Part shown: positions 10,349 to 21,114 of the stretch, piece by piece | Numbering within the stretch: position 1 is the stretch's first letter | Layout of the letters: every line of letters starts with the position of its first letter | Assembly (NCBI GenBank): GCA_963700635.1 | Contig: CAVOYH010000002.1 | Span: 96,001 to 160,000 of the forward strand | DNA length: 64,000 nt | Source: an uncultured Bacteroidota bacterium | GTDB lineage: Bacteria; Bacteroidota; Ignavibacteria; UBA10030; UBA6906 | Direction of reading: 5' to 3' | Notes under the pieces: model-generated | Told to the model about the DNA's origin: nothing | Database searches by the model: none | The model's input: the letters and a program-made list of their open reading frames with translations, nothing else | Program-made: the position numbers and the translations under genes

Positions 10349-11017
10349 CTACTTCTGGAAGATCATACGCTTTGTTACCGCCATACCTTTTGCTTCGAGC
10401 CGGTAGAAGTAGATCCCTGACGCCACCTGGTTGCCCGTCCCGTTTGTGCCGTTCCAGGTTGCCGCATGTGTTCCTGCCTGCACGGTGGCGTCAACAAGCG
10501 TGCTCATCCGCCGTCCCAGCAGATCGTAGACCGCCAATCTGACGTGCACGGCCTCAGGCAGGTCAAAGCGGATGGTGGTTCCGGCATTAAACGGATTCGG
10601 GTAGTTTGTCCAGAGGGCGACGTTGTCGGGCAGGGTGGGGGTAGGGGATGGTTCCTCGGATTCCAGTTGCCGGAGTGAAGCAAGGTCCGGATATGCCTGG
10701 CGGATATACCGCGTGTGCCAGCGCAGGTAATCGATATTCCGGATCCGGTCACCGCCGGCGGCACCGACGATTGCATAGACCACTTCCACGCTGTCGCCGA
10801 TGCCCAGCCCATCAATATCGCCCTGCCCTGTAACAGGGTCTCCCGCATGAATGAAGAATCGGGGGTTTCCGTTTGCGTCTTCCCATGTGCCCAATGGCAT
10901 TGTCGATGGATAGGGCAGATAGCCGCGCATCCAATTGTACATCCGCTTCCCCCCCTCGGCAGTATAGGGAGGGTCACCAAAACTGACTCCTGTGGATTTT
11001 GCAAAGAATGAACTCAT
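10349..11017 (-). pseudogene. Truncated T9SS cargo fragment with FlgD-like/T9SS type A C-terminal domain
   Basis: NYPNPFN..YDLLGR..WNG..ASGIYFYRL CTD. No signal peptide, begins mid-domain, apparent internal deletion after GDPVTGQGDIDG. Confidence 0.6.
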
Positions 11018-11035
11018 CCGCAGTGGGCGTGCCCA

Positions 11036-11923
11036 TTAGCGAATGTCCACGGCAAAACCCATTCCCCAATCATTCCGTTTTACATCGTAGTACTGGTGGT
11101 AGATCTCCGTACCGGCGCGGTAGCTAATGAACAGTCTTATCCCGCTCCCGTCCCATTCCCCGAATTTGATCCCGCCTTCCAGAATGTTGGTTCCGGAGAG
11201 GCGTTCCACCCCGGATAACATAAAATGGTCGGCGATATACAGGTTCGCCGGTTGTCCCCAGACCTGACCCGTCCACTCTGAAGTGTGGGCCACGGCCCCC
11301 TGAAAGGTGTTGAACCGCACCATGTTTCCGGGGCGGGCAAACCAGGCCTGGCTGAATCCGGCGTACAGCATTGCCGACCATGCCTTCGTACCCCACCTGT
11401 ATGCTGCGGTCGCCTCTGCGTGATCGCGTGAGTACGGGCGGGGTAATTGTCCGTCGATCCAGGTCTTTGTCTCCAGACGGAAATGCCCGTCAATAAGATG
11501 TGAACTCAGATGCAGGATCCGCAGGCGCAGCATGGTGGAGGATGTGGCACGCCGGTGGAGATAAACGATATGTGCCCCGAAAAACCCGTCAACGGCATCA
11601 ACCTGGAGATGAAGGCCCTGGTACGATCTGGTCAGGGCATACACGAACATCGCCACTCCCATGTGGAACCGCGCTGCGGTGTCCGATGACGGGTAGAAAG
11701 CGAGGAAGTCATAGGTCGCCCCGATATCCAGCTGCATCCGCATCGACCCGAACTCCCGACGTATGCCGACGCGCGGTTCTTCCGGGCTTGCCGGAAGGGG
11801 AGCAAAAAGAGCCTTGCCGGGTAAGAGGATCATAGCGGAACGCGGGGTAGAAGCATCCTGAGGGAACGCCGTAAACGTGGCGCATGTTAGAGTGAAAGCC
11901 AGGAGCAGGCGGTATGGTGTCAC
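11036..11923 (-). CDS. DUF1207-like outer membrane protein
   Basis: Signal peptide, FAPLPASPEEPR, RILHLSSHLIDG motifs. Confidence 0.72.
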   Translation of the reverse strand: MTPYRLLLAFTLTCATFTAFPQDASTPRSAMILLPGKALFAPLPASPEEPRVGIRREFGSMRMQLDIGATYDFLAFYPSSDTAARFHMGVAMFVYALTRSYQGLHLQVDAVDGFFGAHIVYLHRRATSSTMLRLRILHLSSHLIDGHFRLETKTWIDGQLPRPYSRDHAEATAAYRWGTKAWSAMLYAGFSQAWFARPGNMVRFNTFQGAVAHTSEWTGQVWGQPANLYIADHFMLSGVERLSGTNILEGGIKFGEWDGSGIRLFISYRAGTEIYHQYYDVKRNDWGMGFAVDIR

Positions 11924-11961
11924 GATCCGTCCAGTGGGCTGTGTAGACGATGTTCTTGATA

Positions 11962-11990
11962 AATATAGAGAAGACACCCCGGACAGTCAA
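11962..11990 (-). promoter_or_regulatory. Sigma70-like promoter
   Basis: TTGACT-17-TATATT on the minus strand. Confidence 0.65.
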
Positions 11991-11998
11991 ACCCATGT

Positions 11999-12027
11999 TT
12001 GAATCTCAGAAGACGGTTTTGTACATT
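11999..12027 (+). promoter_or_regulatory. Sigma70-like promoter
   Basis: TTGAAT-17-TACATT. Confidence 0.55.
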
Positions 12028-12064
12028 AGAGTGTTTTGTTCTCAGACCCAGCCGGAGTAATCGT

Positions 12065-12817
12065 ATGAAGAAACTGTTCAGCATCATCTTCCTGATCCTC
12101 TTGACGGCCTCGCTCTCGCCGGCCCAGGAGGAGCCCATTCCCCCCAGACGTTCCCGCATGGTAAAGATGGGACTGTTCGTTGGATATACACCGGGCTGGT
12201 TGTTCCTTGATGTGAAACCCGTCAACACATTTCTGACTGCCGGCAGGGGTGCAGCGCTGAAAGACGACGGGGTCTTTATGAGCGGGGGCGGCGGTGCTGC
12301 GTACATCATGCTCATCCCGAACGTCCGTCTTGGCGGTGTCTGGATGTCCGGTGCACTCAAGAGTACATCCATCGATGGGGCTGCGATCCGGCGCGATACC
12401 AGGCTGAATGTGAGTCTGAGCGCCGTGACGATAGAGTATGTGGTCCCTATTGTGGAACGGTTCGATATTGCATTCGGGGCGATGCTCGGGTGGGGCGGAC
12501 TTGAACTCACGCTGCGGCAGAGTAATGGTGGCTCGAATACATGGGTGGGAGAGCAGAATCTGTTCTCCTCCTGGACCGCCGGTTCCCCCGGCAACATGAC
12601 ACGCACGCTGACAGGCTCGTATTTCCTCTGGGCACCGACAGTGAATGTGGAGTATGCATTCCTCAGCTGGCTCGGGGCACGGATCGGTGTCAGTTATGTG
12701 GGAATGTCATTCCCCTCATGGCAGGTGGACGGGCACTATGAGTTGCTCGGTGTGCCGGGCGACATCTCGGGCAAGGGTCTGATGATTCAGGCGGGGCTGT
12801 TCGTAGGAACGTTCTAG
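12065..12817 (+). CDS. Outer-membrane beta-barrel protein
   Basis: MKKLFSII signal peptide, Gly-rich amphipathic strands, C-terminal F. Confidence 0.72.
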   Translation: MKKLFSIIFLILLTASLSPAQEEPIPPRRSRMVKMGLFVGYTPGWLFLDVKPVNTFLTAGRGAALKDDGVFMSGGGGAAYIMLIPNVRLGGVWMSGALKSTSIDGAAIRRDTRLNVSLSAVTIEYVVPIVERFDIAFGAMLGWGGLELTLRQSNGGSNTWVGEQNLFSSWTAGSPGNMTRTLTGSYFLWAPTVNVEYAFLSWLGARIGVSYVGMSFPSWQVDGHYELLGVPGDISGKGLMIQAGLFVGTF

Positions 12818-12940
12818 CGCCGGGTATAAGAAAAGGCCCTTCGCACAGGCGTGGGAAAGACCAACCGGGATTCCGGCCGTTTGCAACGCCGGCGTGTTAT
12901 GCCTCTTCGAGGGGCTCCGGCAACCTCTGGGCCTGTTGTG

Positions 12941-14290
12941 CTACTGTTGTTTTCCCACCACGAAGTAGAATTTCCTTCCCTCCCCATCATACATAAAGAA
13001 GCCTTCGTCTCCAGTCCGTAACCAGCCTCCGCGGAACACTCGTTCGGTGGAAGCGGGGTCGGCATCATAACCGCACATGATGTTGTGACCGCGAAGAACG
13101 ATCTCGCCACGCTGGCCTTCTTCCATTTCGTTTCCTTCCGCATCCTGTATCGTCATATCGTTCGCCGAAATGGGCATTCCGACGGATGGAAATTCATGAC
13201 CGGAAAGCCAGGATTTGTGTTCGCCGGGGGGAAGGTCCAGCGGTACGAAACAGGAGCATGCAGTCGCCTCTGACAACCCGTACCCATGGATCACCCGTCT
13301 CTTGAATGTGATCTCGAACTTTTGTGCAAGATCAACCGTGAGCGGCCCGGCGCCACAAATGAGGTGGCGGAAATGCGCGAGTTTGTACATATCGACAGAA
13401 AGTTTGGCCTTAATCAATGACTGGAGCAACGCGGAGTCGATACTCACCACGGTGATACGATCCGCGGCAATACGTTCAAAAAACTTCTCTGCGTTAAACG
13501 TTTCGTTCAACACCACACCACCCCCGGCGGCAAGAGGAGTGAGCAGGGTCAACACGATCCCCTTGACATGATGAATCGGAAGGATACACATAAGCCGCTG
13601 GTCATCGGACAGGCGGTGCCACTCCGCAATGCTGAGTGCTTCTGCGATGAGGTTCACATGCTCGAGCACCACACCCTTTGGACTGCCCGGCACCGTGCAT
13701 GAGTACATCACAAGCGCTGTATCGTTCAGGTTCACCGGTACGGGCGGACGAAATTGCGTACTCAGCCGGACTGCGTCTGTCTCCAGGTGAGGGAGATCGG
13801 GTTTCAGACGATGTCCGACCTGGACCACCATCTTGAGGTCCGGGGCTTGAGCCCGGAGCGAGAGGATGCGGTCCACATACCTGTCCCGCACGTACACCAC
13901 TTTCGACCTGGAGTGCTTCAGGATACATGCTATCGTACCGTCGTCGTCAAGCGGGTTTATCGGGACAAGGGCTGCACCCAGCAGGAATGCCGCAAAGTAC
14001 TGTATGACCACGTCAGGATGATTATGCGAAACCGTTGCAACACGGTCGCCGTGCCGGATCCCCACTGACTGAAGATGGTTCGCTGTCCGGCATGCTTCTT
14101 CAAGAAATTCCCTGTAGGTGATTTCACGGCGTTGCCCCTCGGTACTGTAATAAATGAGAAACACTTTCTGCTCGTGCTGGTCGACCTGGTCCTCCAGGAG
14201 GTGACCGAGACTCCGGTATGGAAGGGATGGGTCCGTGATCGGCGCGCTGTGAAGGCTGCGTGCCTGAGCGATGGTCTGCGGCGTGGTCAT
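12941..14290 (-). CDS. ANL-family acyl-CoA synthetase homolog, C-terminally truncated with degenerate P-loop (pseudoenzyme or pseudogene)
   Basis: GYGLSE and WLRTGD retained. P-loop reads YSCTVPGSPKG. The ORF stops at the hinge (FVVGKQQ*). Confidence 0.75.
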   Translation of the reverse strand: MTTPQTIAQARSLHSAPITDPSLPYRSLGHLLEDQVDQHEQKVFLIYYSTEGQRREITYREFLEEACRTANHLQSVGIRHGDRVATVSHNHPDVVIQYFAAFLLGAALVPINPLDDDGTIACILKHSRSKVVYVRDRYVDRILSLRAQAPDLKMVVQVGHRLKPDLPHLETDAVRLSTQFRPPVPVNLNDTALVMYSCTVPGSPKGVVLEHVNLIAEALSIAEWHRLSDDQRLMCILPIHHVKGIVLTLLTPLAAGGGVVLNETFNAEKFFERIAADRITVVSIDSALLQSLIKAKLSVDMYKLAHFRHLICGAGPLTVDLAQKFEITFKRRVIHGYGLSEATACSCFVPLDLPPGEHKSWLSGHEFPSVGMPISANDMTIQDAEGNEMEEGQRGEIVLRGHNIMCGYDADPASTERVFRGGWLRTGDEGFFMYDGEGRKFYFVVGKQQ

Positions 14291-14917
14291 TTACTTTCCC
14301 CGAAATTCCGTGTCGATGATGTCGATTTCTCCAGGATATGTAAGCGGACCGTACTCCGTGCGCATGGTTGGTTTTGCGCGGAGCGTCACGCGGCTGGCCG
14401 AGCCCTGTGCACCACCAAGTGCAAGGGCGAGATTCAGGATTTTATCGTATCCTCGGTCGTTGAAGAACTTCATCAAATCAAGGTTCATGCGGAGCGGGAT
14501 AACCGCTTCCTGTCCCGTGCCGGGAATGGTGATGGGTTCGGGGATATCACCGGAGATGGTGGGTGTGTCATCAATGCGCAGATTCCACGCGAAGCTGGTA
14601 AGCGTCGCGGCCGATGCCGGCGTACCCCCCGTTCCGTCATTGGGATTCTGAGCGGCCACTCGTAACGTGAAGCTCGCCGGGAGCTCCCCGCGGCTGAACG
14701 CGGCGATGGCGGTTGCGGCATCGCCCAGACCAAGGGCCGTTTTGCCTGACAGGGAGATCCCTGCAACCTGGAAATCGCTGATACCGGCCAGCTTGAAGGA
14801 ACAACGTGACAGGTTGGTGACTGCCTGACCGAGTTCCTTCACGACGTTGCAGGAAGCGAATAGCATGGTGGACAGCATACCCACCAAAACGTAACGGGCT
14901 ATGGTTCGCCGGATCAT
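14291..14917 (-). CDS. LEA type 2 (WHy) domain lipoprotein
   Basis: Lipobox LFASC, NPN motif, beta-sandwich pattern. Confidence 0.7.
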   Translation of the reverse strand: MIRRTIARYVLVGMLSTMLFASCNVVKELGQAVTNLSRCSFKLAGISDFQVAGISLSGKTALGLGDAATAIAAFSRGELPASFTLRVAAQNPNDGTGGTPASAATLTSFAWNLRIDDTPTISGDIPEPITIPGTGQEAVIPLRMNLDLMKFFNDRGYDKILNLALALGGAQGSASRVTLRAKPTMRTEYGPLTYPGEIDIIDTEFRGK

Positions 14918-15349
14918 CTTATCGGTCCCCACTTTTTATTCTTTTCACTATTTTTTTGTCGTCTCAAGCGCGTCAACAAGCAACCGTGTCTGAGGTCGTG
15001 TGCCGTGGGGGAATACAGGTGATTGACGGTTCCTTGGCATGAGGGAGTGCCCCGGCGGAGCGAAGAGCAATTCCGTGCTCTGTCGCAGGCGCTGGTTTGC
15101 CGGTGTGAAATGGAAACAGGAGAATGTCAGATGCCCCAAATCCGCGGTGGAGTGCGGCATGAGGCCTGCCGGGCTTGAAGGGCGTGATGGACCCACTATA
15201 TGGAGGAACTGGGGGCAAAGTCAGAAGCCGGGACAAGTGCTCATTAGTCTGAAAAAAGGTACACAGGATGGGAGGGAAAAGCAAGGCCAAGCGTACCCCT
15301 GTGCCACGATCCACAGATCCGCCTAATTTCCTTGAGGATGCCTGGTACA

Positions 15350-17653
15350 TCAGGGAATCAGGCCGGTTTCCACATCCATGACCTGTATATCCTTCAGGCG
15401 GGAGTGCGGCAGTACGTTCAGATGCTCAATCTTCCCGGCGCGCACTCTGGCTTCGATGACAGTCTCCCGAGGTGCATGGAGCCGGAAATCTACATCCCAT
15501 CCCCCTGGCCAGGCAGGGAGGAGTAGGATCGTATCTCCCTCATACTGGACCAGCATCCGTTGCAGAGCAATCGCGGCTACTGATCCATGATCCTGGTCCG
15601 GCGTCCAATCGTAGTTCGGACCCCAGAACGCCGGAAACCGGCAGAGGGAGTCCCATGTTGCAAAGTTCTCCGCGACCAGGCGCGCCGACTCTCCGGCAAG
15701 TCCGAGGTACGCGGCCTGGATGGCGTGTTGCGCCCAACCCCCATTCATTGTGTTGATCCGATGCGCGTAGGTGCGCCTCGCAAGGTCAAGGCCCGGCTTA
15801 TCCACGCCATACAATCGAAATGGAAACACGGCATAGAGCTCCGGGTTCTCGATATTTGCCGATGTGCCATACTCAGTTGCGGGGGCAAGGAGTGTGTCGC
15901 CCCGCACTACGTGTGTTGGCAACGGAGGCAATGATGAGAGCAGTTCCTTCCATTGAGCACGCTGGTCAGGCCCGGTGAGATTGTGCGGTAACGCGAACAT
16001 CCGTTCTGCCACCGCGCGGATTCCGGCAATGTCCGGAGCTGGATTTACGACGGCATGGTACGTCTCGAGTGCCTGTGCGGGTTCAAACCGGATGATGCCG
16101 GCTTTGTCGCGAGGCCAATGCCGGTCAAAAAACGTGAGCACCGCGGAAGCAAGCGGCACGAGTGTTTGAGAAACGAATGTTTCGCTCCAATGGAATTCCG
16201 AAAAATCCAGCATCATCAGAGAAAGCTCGAGACCGGCGGTCCAGTAGTATCGAATGTAGGTGTTTGATGTCAGCCCGTCGGGCATTCCGGTTCGTTGTCG
16301 GCCATAGTTTTCGTCTGTGTAGGTACCCCAGAAGTTCATGACCTCTGGAAAAAAAGCCCCGTCGTGGTTGTAGTACCGTTGAGTAGCTCGAGCACGAAGG
16401 GGGAGTACGCTGGAGTACATGTCAAAGAGCGGCTTCATCATGTCGGAATCGCCGGCTTGTAGCATAGACCAGTAGGGGAGGCGCGTATTCTGGAACCAGT
16501 ACGGCCCACCCCACCGGCGGTAGTCAGAGTCAATCCCCCTGGAAGGAGCGTTCCGATCGTACGTGTCGACCGTGAAAAGGGAACCGTTAAACTTGATCGG
16601 CATCGCCCCCCGCCCTCCACAGGCATTGACGAACCGCTGGAGCATGTAGCCGCGCGTTACCGCGGAAGTCACGGCCTCCCGGACTGAATCTGGAGCTGAC
16701 ACAAGGATGCTGCTCCGTTCCCAGAACGTGTTCCACCATGCGCGGTGTGTTTCAAATCTTTTTTCAAGGGGTATGGCAGATATCGTCCGGGCTCGTTCGC
16801 CCACCCCGCCGAGCCACTGTTCTGGAGTATCGTGAATGGAAGTGTGAGGATAGATGGAGATCTGTATGTCTTTCTGCGGATGGGTGGTCTGCAGGACGGT
16901 GTCCGCGACGGCTTCAAGTCCGTTCCCCTCGATTATACCGCCGAATGTCCGTTGGAGCAATGGATCGGATATTGAAATTGTTTCTGCTGCGAGTCCTTGC
17001 AGGGAAAGGTTGTCTTTCCAGACCGATCTCCGGTTTTGGTGAAACCAGGCAAGCCGATTGTTGGTGTGGGGGAGGATCAGATCAGGTTCTACGAACACCG
17101 GGGGACCGTCGGCGCCATGAAGTCCGTAGGCGGATTCGATTTCTTCGGACCGGAGCATTTGCCGGCGATCCTTCCGCCAGAGTTCAAGAGTGAGACGTGC
17201 CGTAACCGGGATGCGGCTTTGAATCTCGCAGATGATGGCCGGATTCAGCGCATCGACCCAGAGTCGGGCACTCATGCTGTGTTCTCCCCGTCCGGCGGAC
17301 AACGTGATACAGCCGTCCCGCAGACTCAATTCCTGGCGGAACGAAGCACTATCTGCAAGCAGAGCGGGGGAGAGCGACACCCGCACTTTGCCAAGCTTCA
17401 GAAGTCGGCCGTTCTCCGACCACGCGTCCGATTTCGCAATATAGAAGAGCAAGTCTCCGTTTTTCTCCACCCAGGCGTTCAGACCGATATCGCCGTTTCC
17501 GAGGGGGACGGAGCCCAGTGAATTCAGGCCGGGAGAATACCAGACGAGGATCTGGTCTCTGGAGGAAAAGACATCCTCCCCTTGTGCCCGGGAGGACCCG
17601 GGAGAGAGAAGCGAGACGGCAACGAGAAGTGCAACGACGAAGGTTCTTGCCAT
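15350..17653 (-). CDS. Secreted GH95-like glycoside hydrolase (DUF5703)
   Basis: PLGNGDIG, PIKFNGSLF, DYRRWG..YWFQNTR, ENPELYAVFP, TPDQDHG, LLPAWP. Confidence 0.85.
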   Translation of the reverse strand: MARTFVVALLVAVSLLSPGSSRAQGEDVFSSRDQILVWYSPGLNSLGSVPLGNGDIGLNAWVEKNGDLLFYIAKSDAWSENGRLLKLGKVRVSLSPALLADSASFRQELSLRDGCITLSAGRGEHSMSARLWVDALNPAIICEIQSRIPVTARLTLELWRKDRRQMLRSEEIESAYGLHGADGPPVFVEPDLILPHTNNRLAWFHQNRRSVWKDNLSLQGLAAETISISDPLLQRTFGGIIEGNGLEAVADTVLQTTHPQKDIQISIYPHTSIHDTPEQWLGGVGERARTISAIPLEKRFETHRAWWNTFWERSSILVSAPDSVREAVTSAVTRGYMLQRFVNACGGRGAMPIKFNGSLFTVDTYDRNAPSRGIDSDYRRWGGPYWFQNTRLPYWSMLQAGDSDMMKPLFDMYSSVLPLRARATQRYYNHDGAFFPEVMNFWGTYTDENYGRQRTGMPDGLTSNTYIRYYWTAGLELSLMMLDFSEFHWSETFVSQTLVPLASAVLTFFDRHWPRDKAGIIRFEPAQALETYHAVVNPAPDIAGIRAVAERMFALPHNLTGPDQRAQWKELLSSLPPLPTHVVRGDTLLAPATEYGTSANIENPELYAVFPFRLYGVDKPGLDLARRTYAHRINTMNGGWAQHAIQAAYLGLAGESARLVAENFATWDSLCRFPAFWGPNYDWTPDQDHGSVAAIALQRMLVQYEGDTILLLPAWPGGWDVDFRLHAPRETVIEARVRAGKIEHLNVLPHSRLKDIQVMDVETGLIP

Positions 17654-17707
17654 AGAATGATCTGCAAAGGTGAACGTTGTACCCGCTTGTGGCTACGACC
17701 GGGCTCC

Positions 17708-19195
17708 TCAGCGGTTGACCGGCTTATCCATTCGCACCGTGACCTTTGTCCAGCCCTTGTCACCGGCCTTGACGTTGTCCAACAGCACCGTCCGGTATCC
17801 CGGCCTGGATACGATAACGGAATGTGAACCGGGCCTCAAGAGTCGGTACAGCACACCGGTTTGCGGGTGACTTGTACGGCGGGCGATGTCTTCGGTTTCG
17901 ATTGCAGGGAACCACACAGTTGCTTCGAGCGGGGAGCCTGTCTTCGCATCCACGACGCGTATGACAAGACCGGGTCCTTCAGTGCGATTGAGCATATAGC
18001 GGATACCTTTGAGATTCGCCCGCACGATTCCATCGACTTCATAGGGAGGGAATATGCCGGCACCTTTACCCGTTTCCACCACAAAATCGAAAGTGCCGAG
18101 GGTTCCGTAGAGCCAGGGGTAGGATTGTCCGACAAGCCCTGCTCCATATTCTGCTTTGTAGGAGGTATCTCCACGCATGGTCGGAATACTGCCGGCGAGT
18201 CCATGTGCAATGTCCGTCAGGAGAACATCATCGGGGGCTTTGCGCCCCGCCCAATTCCAGGGGTAGAAGATGACCTCACCCTGACTATGGTAGGTCAGGG
18301 AGAGAAGGAATCGTTTTGACCGGGCGAGATCGGCAAGGGCCCGGGGTTCTGATTCGGAAAACGGGAACGCCCCGCGGTACCGGCCGCTTGTCGGATCTCC
18401 GCTGCCGCCGTGCGCCCAGTTAAAGTCGTAATTCCGGTTAAGGTCGATTCCATCCGGATAATTCAGAACCCCGTTGGAGTCTGTGTCGCGGGTGTTTTTC
18501 CGCCATCGTGGATCCCGGCCGGAGGTGACCACATCATGGCCGTCAACGTTGAGCACCGGGATGATGTAGATCTGAACGTTGTTCACCCATCGGGTGATAT
18601 CGGGATCCTTGCCGTACTGTTCCACGAGTTCATGGAGCGCGGCCATGCATATCTCTGCGCCGAGGACTTCATTACTATGGTGGCACCCGTTGATGAGCAT
18701 GGCCGGACGGTCATCGTCTTTTTTGACGTTTCGGGAGACTTTTACCGCGTAGATGGGTTGTTGAGTCCGCGATGTGGCACCTATCTGGAACCGATGCACC
18801 AGGTCCGGGAAGGCCTTTTGCAGTGACTCTACCTCTCGAAGAATATCGCTGTACGTATGGTATGGTTTCTCGAGCTTGAATGTCGGTCCGTACACTGCCC
18901 GGCGGATAAGCGTCAGCTCGCTGGAATCCTCCATGACCGTTTCGCATTGGAGGCCCCTCTCGCGAAGGAGATTCAACTCTGCGGGAGTAACGAGGATGAG
19001 CGCCGTATCACGGACCATGGAGACGATGCTCCGGGATTCATATTCATCGAACGTCAGGATACCCTGTTTGAAAAGAACCTCCGGTTTAACGTTGTCGATG
19101 CGGATGAGGATCGTCCGCCGGCGGTCCGTTTGTGCAAAGAGCATCGAAATGAAGAGGAATGGCAGTAGAACGGTAAGGAAGCGCAATGTCCGCAT
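17708..19195 (-). CDS. M14 zinc carboxypeptidase with carboxypeptidase-regulatory domain
   Basis: HxxE (HHSNE), PVLNVDG, WRKN, GIDLNRNY, FSESE, YHSQG. Confidence 0.92.
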   Translation of the reverse strand: MRTLRFLTVLLPFLFISMLFAQTDRRRTILIRIDNVKPEVLFKQGILTFDEYESRSIVSMVRDTALILVTPAELNLLRERGLQCETVMEDSSELTLIRRAVYGPTFKLEKPYHTYSDILREVESLQKAFPDLVHRFQIGATSRTQQPIYAVKVSRNVKKDDDRPAMLINGCHHSNEVLGAEICMAALHELVEQYGKDPDITRWVNNVQIYIIPVLNVDGHDVVTSGRDPRWRKNTRDTDSNGVLNYPDGIDLNRNYDFNWAHGGSGDPTSGRYRGAFPFSESEPRALADLARSKRFLLSLTYHSQGEVIFYPWNWAGRKAPDDVLLTDIAHGLAGSIPTMRGDTSYKAEYGAGLVGQSYPWLYGTLGTFDFVVETGKGAGIFPPYEVDGIVRANLKGIRYMLNRTEGPGLVIRVVDAKTGSPLEATVWFPAIETEDIARRTSHPQTGVLYRLLRPGSHSVIVSRPGYRTVLLDNVKAGDKGWTKVTVRMDKPVNR

Positions 19196-19273
19196 GGAGT
19201 CCACCGTGGAATAATGACAGGGGAACGAGCTTCCGGAAGTGATAACCGGGATTGAGCGATCGGGCTCGTCCAC

Positions 19274-19302
19274 AACATATTCATGATTGATGAGAGAATC
19301 AA
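19274..19302 (-). promoter_or_regulatory. Sigma70-like promoter of the M14 peptidase
   Basis: TTGATT-17-TATGTT on the minus strand. Confidence 0.55.
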
Positions 19303-19357
19303 ACCGAGATGCTCCGTTTTATGATAGAGGAGAACCGTGCGGTGGGGGGTGATTGGC

Positions 19358-19386
19358 TTGACAATGGGTGGGTAAAATGTTATATT
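19358..19386 (+). promoter_or_regulatory. Sigma70 promoter of tRNA-fMet
   Basis: TTGACA-17-TATATT ending 16 nt before the tRNA. Confidence 0.8.
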
Positions 19387-19402
19387 AAAATGCTGTCATG
19401 AT

Positions 19403-19475
<73 letters not shown>

Positions 19476-19488
19476 CTACACATACAAG

Positions 19489-19543
19489 TACCCGATGGAA
19501 CAAACAGAGCACTCTAGGCCTGTTTCACCATCGGGTATTTTTC
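19489..19543 (+). terminator. Rho-independent terminator after tRNA
   Basis: TACCCGATGG...CCATCGGGTA followed by TTTTT. Confidence 0.6.
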
Positions 19544-19574
19544 TTGGGTGAAAAGAGAACCACACGGAGACCTT

Positions 19575-21044
19575 ATGATACGATCACGAATTTTTGTACG
19601 CATGGCGACAATGTTGGTAGCCGGACTGCTGGTGTTCGGTACTGCCGGCGCTCAGGATGTCAAAAAGGAGTTGTTTGACGAGACTGACAATCTGGTGCGG
19701 CAGGCAAAGGAAAAGAACGCCCATCTGTACTCCCCGGGCGCATATAAAAAGGCGATGGAGTACTACAATGATGCCGATTCGGATTACAAGAAGGGGCGCA
19801 ACCTGGAAGATATCCGTTCAAAGCTCAAGGGAACCCGCGCGTTTCTTCACAAGGCGATGGAAGGCGTCAAAATGGGCGAGGTGACCTTCTCCGCGACCAT
19901 GGCCGCGCGAAGCGATGCCCTGAGCGCGGAGGCAAGGACGTTTTCGGCCGCCACCTGGAAAAAGGCTGAAGAACAGTTTACCTCCGCTGCGGAGCAACTG
20001 GAGGACGGCGATGTGAATGATGCAAAATCGGAGGCCGGTGAAGCGGAGGGCCTTTATCGGGCTGCGGAACTTGAAGCCATCAAAGGCAACTATCTGAATC
20101 CGGCACACGCTCTCCTGAAGCGCGCGGAGGATCTGGGCGTTGATGATACAGCGCCAAAGACGATTGCGAAGGCCAAACAGCTTGCGCTGAGCGCTGAAGC
20201 TCTGTTGCAACAGAACCGGTACGATACGGATGAGGCCCGGCAGATGGCGCAGGAAGCAAAATATGAAGCGGCGCATGCAATCTACCTCCACAAGACCTTC
20301 ACCGCAATGGACAAGGCGGACAAGGGCCTTGAGGATCTCCGGCTGGCTTCCGAGAAGACCATGCAGCGAATCTCCGGAAGTCTCGACTTGCTCGCGCGAT
20401 TTGATAACGGCCTTGACGATGAGGCCGATCGGATCATCAAGGAACTCAAAACGCGGGAGAATAAGAGCGCTGATCAGGCCAGAACAATTGCGAGCCTGAC
20501 CGATCAACACAACACCCTGAAGCGGCAGGTTGAAGCCATGACAAGCCGGCTCGGGACCCTGACGAAGGCGGAGAAGGATCTTCAGGAAGACCTGACACGG
20601 AAGCGTGAGGAGGATGCGCGCATTGCGGAGGTCAGCAACCTCTTCAGCGACGCCGAAGGAAAGGTTCTGCGCGATGACCAGAACATTATTACCCGTCTTT
20701 ACGGACTCTCGTTTGCTGTCGGCAAGAGCGAGATTGAGCCGCAGCACTTCTCACTCCTGACAAAAGTCCAGCAGGCGATCAAAAGTTTCCCGGGATGCCA
20801 GGTCGTCATCGAGGGACATACGGATTCGCAGGGAAGTGACGCGGTCAATCAGCGCCTGTCAGAAGAGCGCGCACGCGCAGTGGAGGAGTATCTCCGCGCG
20901 AATATGGGGTCGAGCCTGGTAGTTTCCTCTTCTGGCTACGGCGAAAGCCGGCCGATCGCCAGCAACGATACCGTCGAGGGCAGGGCAAAGAACCGGCGGA
21001 TCGATGTTGTCATTGTTCCCGCATACTCACTCATGAACAAGTAG
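19575..21044 (+). CDS. OmpA-family peptidoglycan-binding protein with long N-terminal helical/coiled-coil region
   Basis: Signal peptide; [31 protein letters not shown]. Confidence 0.9.
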   Translation: MIRSRIFVRMATMLVAGLLVFGTAGAQDVKKELFDETDNLVRQAKEKNAHLYSPGAYKKAMEYYNDADSDYKKGRNLEDIRSKLKGTRAFLHKAMEGVKMGEVTFSATMAARSDALSAEARTFSAATWKKAEEQFTSAAEQLEDGDVNDAKSEAGEAEGLYRAAELEAIKGNYLNPAHALLKRAEDLGVDDTAPKTIAKAKQLALSAEALLQQNRYDTDEARQMAQEAKYEAAHAIYLHKTFTAMDKADKGLEDLRLASEKTMQRISGSLDLLARFDNGLDDEADRIIKELKTRENKSADQARTIASLTDQHNTLKRQVEAMTSRLGTLTKAEKDLQEDLTRKREEDARIAEVSNLFSDAEGKVLRDDQNIITRLYGLSFAVGKSEIEPQHFSLLTKVQQAIKSFPGCQVVIEGHTDSQGSDAVNQRLSEERARAVEEYLRANMGSSLVVSSSGYGESRPIASNDTVEGRAKNRRIDVVIVPAYSLMNK

Positions 21045-21078
21045 AAAACATCGGGATAGCTTCCAGGAAGGACGGACG

Positions 21079-21114
21079 ATGATGGAGGGACCCTTGAGTC
21101 CCTCCATCATTTTT
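21079..21114 (+). terminator. Rho-independent terminator (target of the IIC intron)
   Basis: 13-bp stem ATGATGGAGGGAC/GTCCCTCCATCAT plus T-run. Confidence 0.85.
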
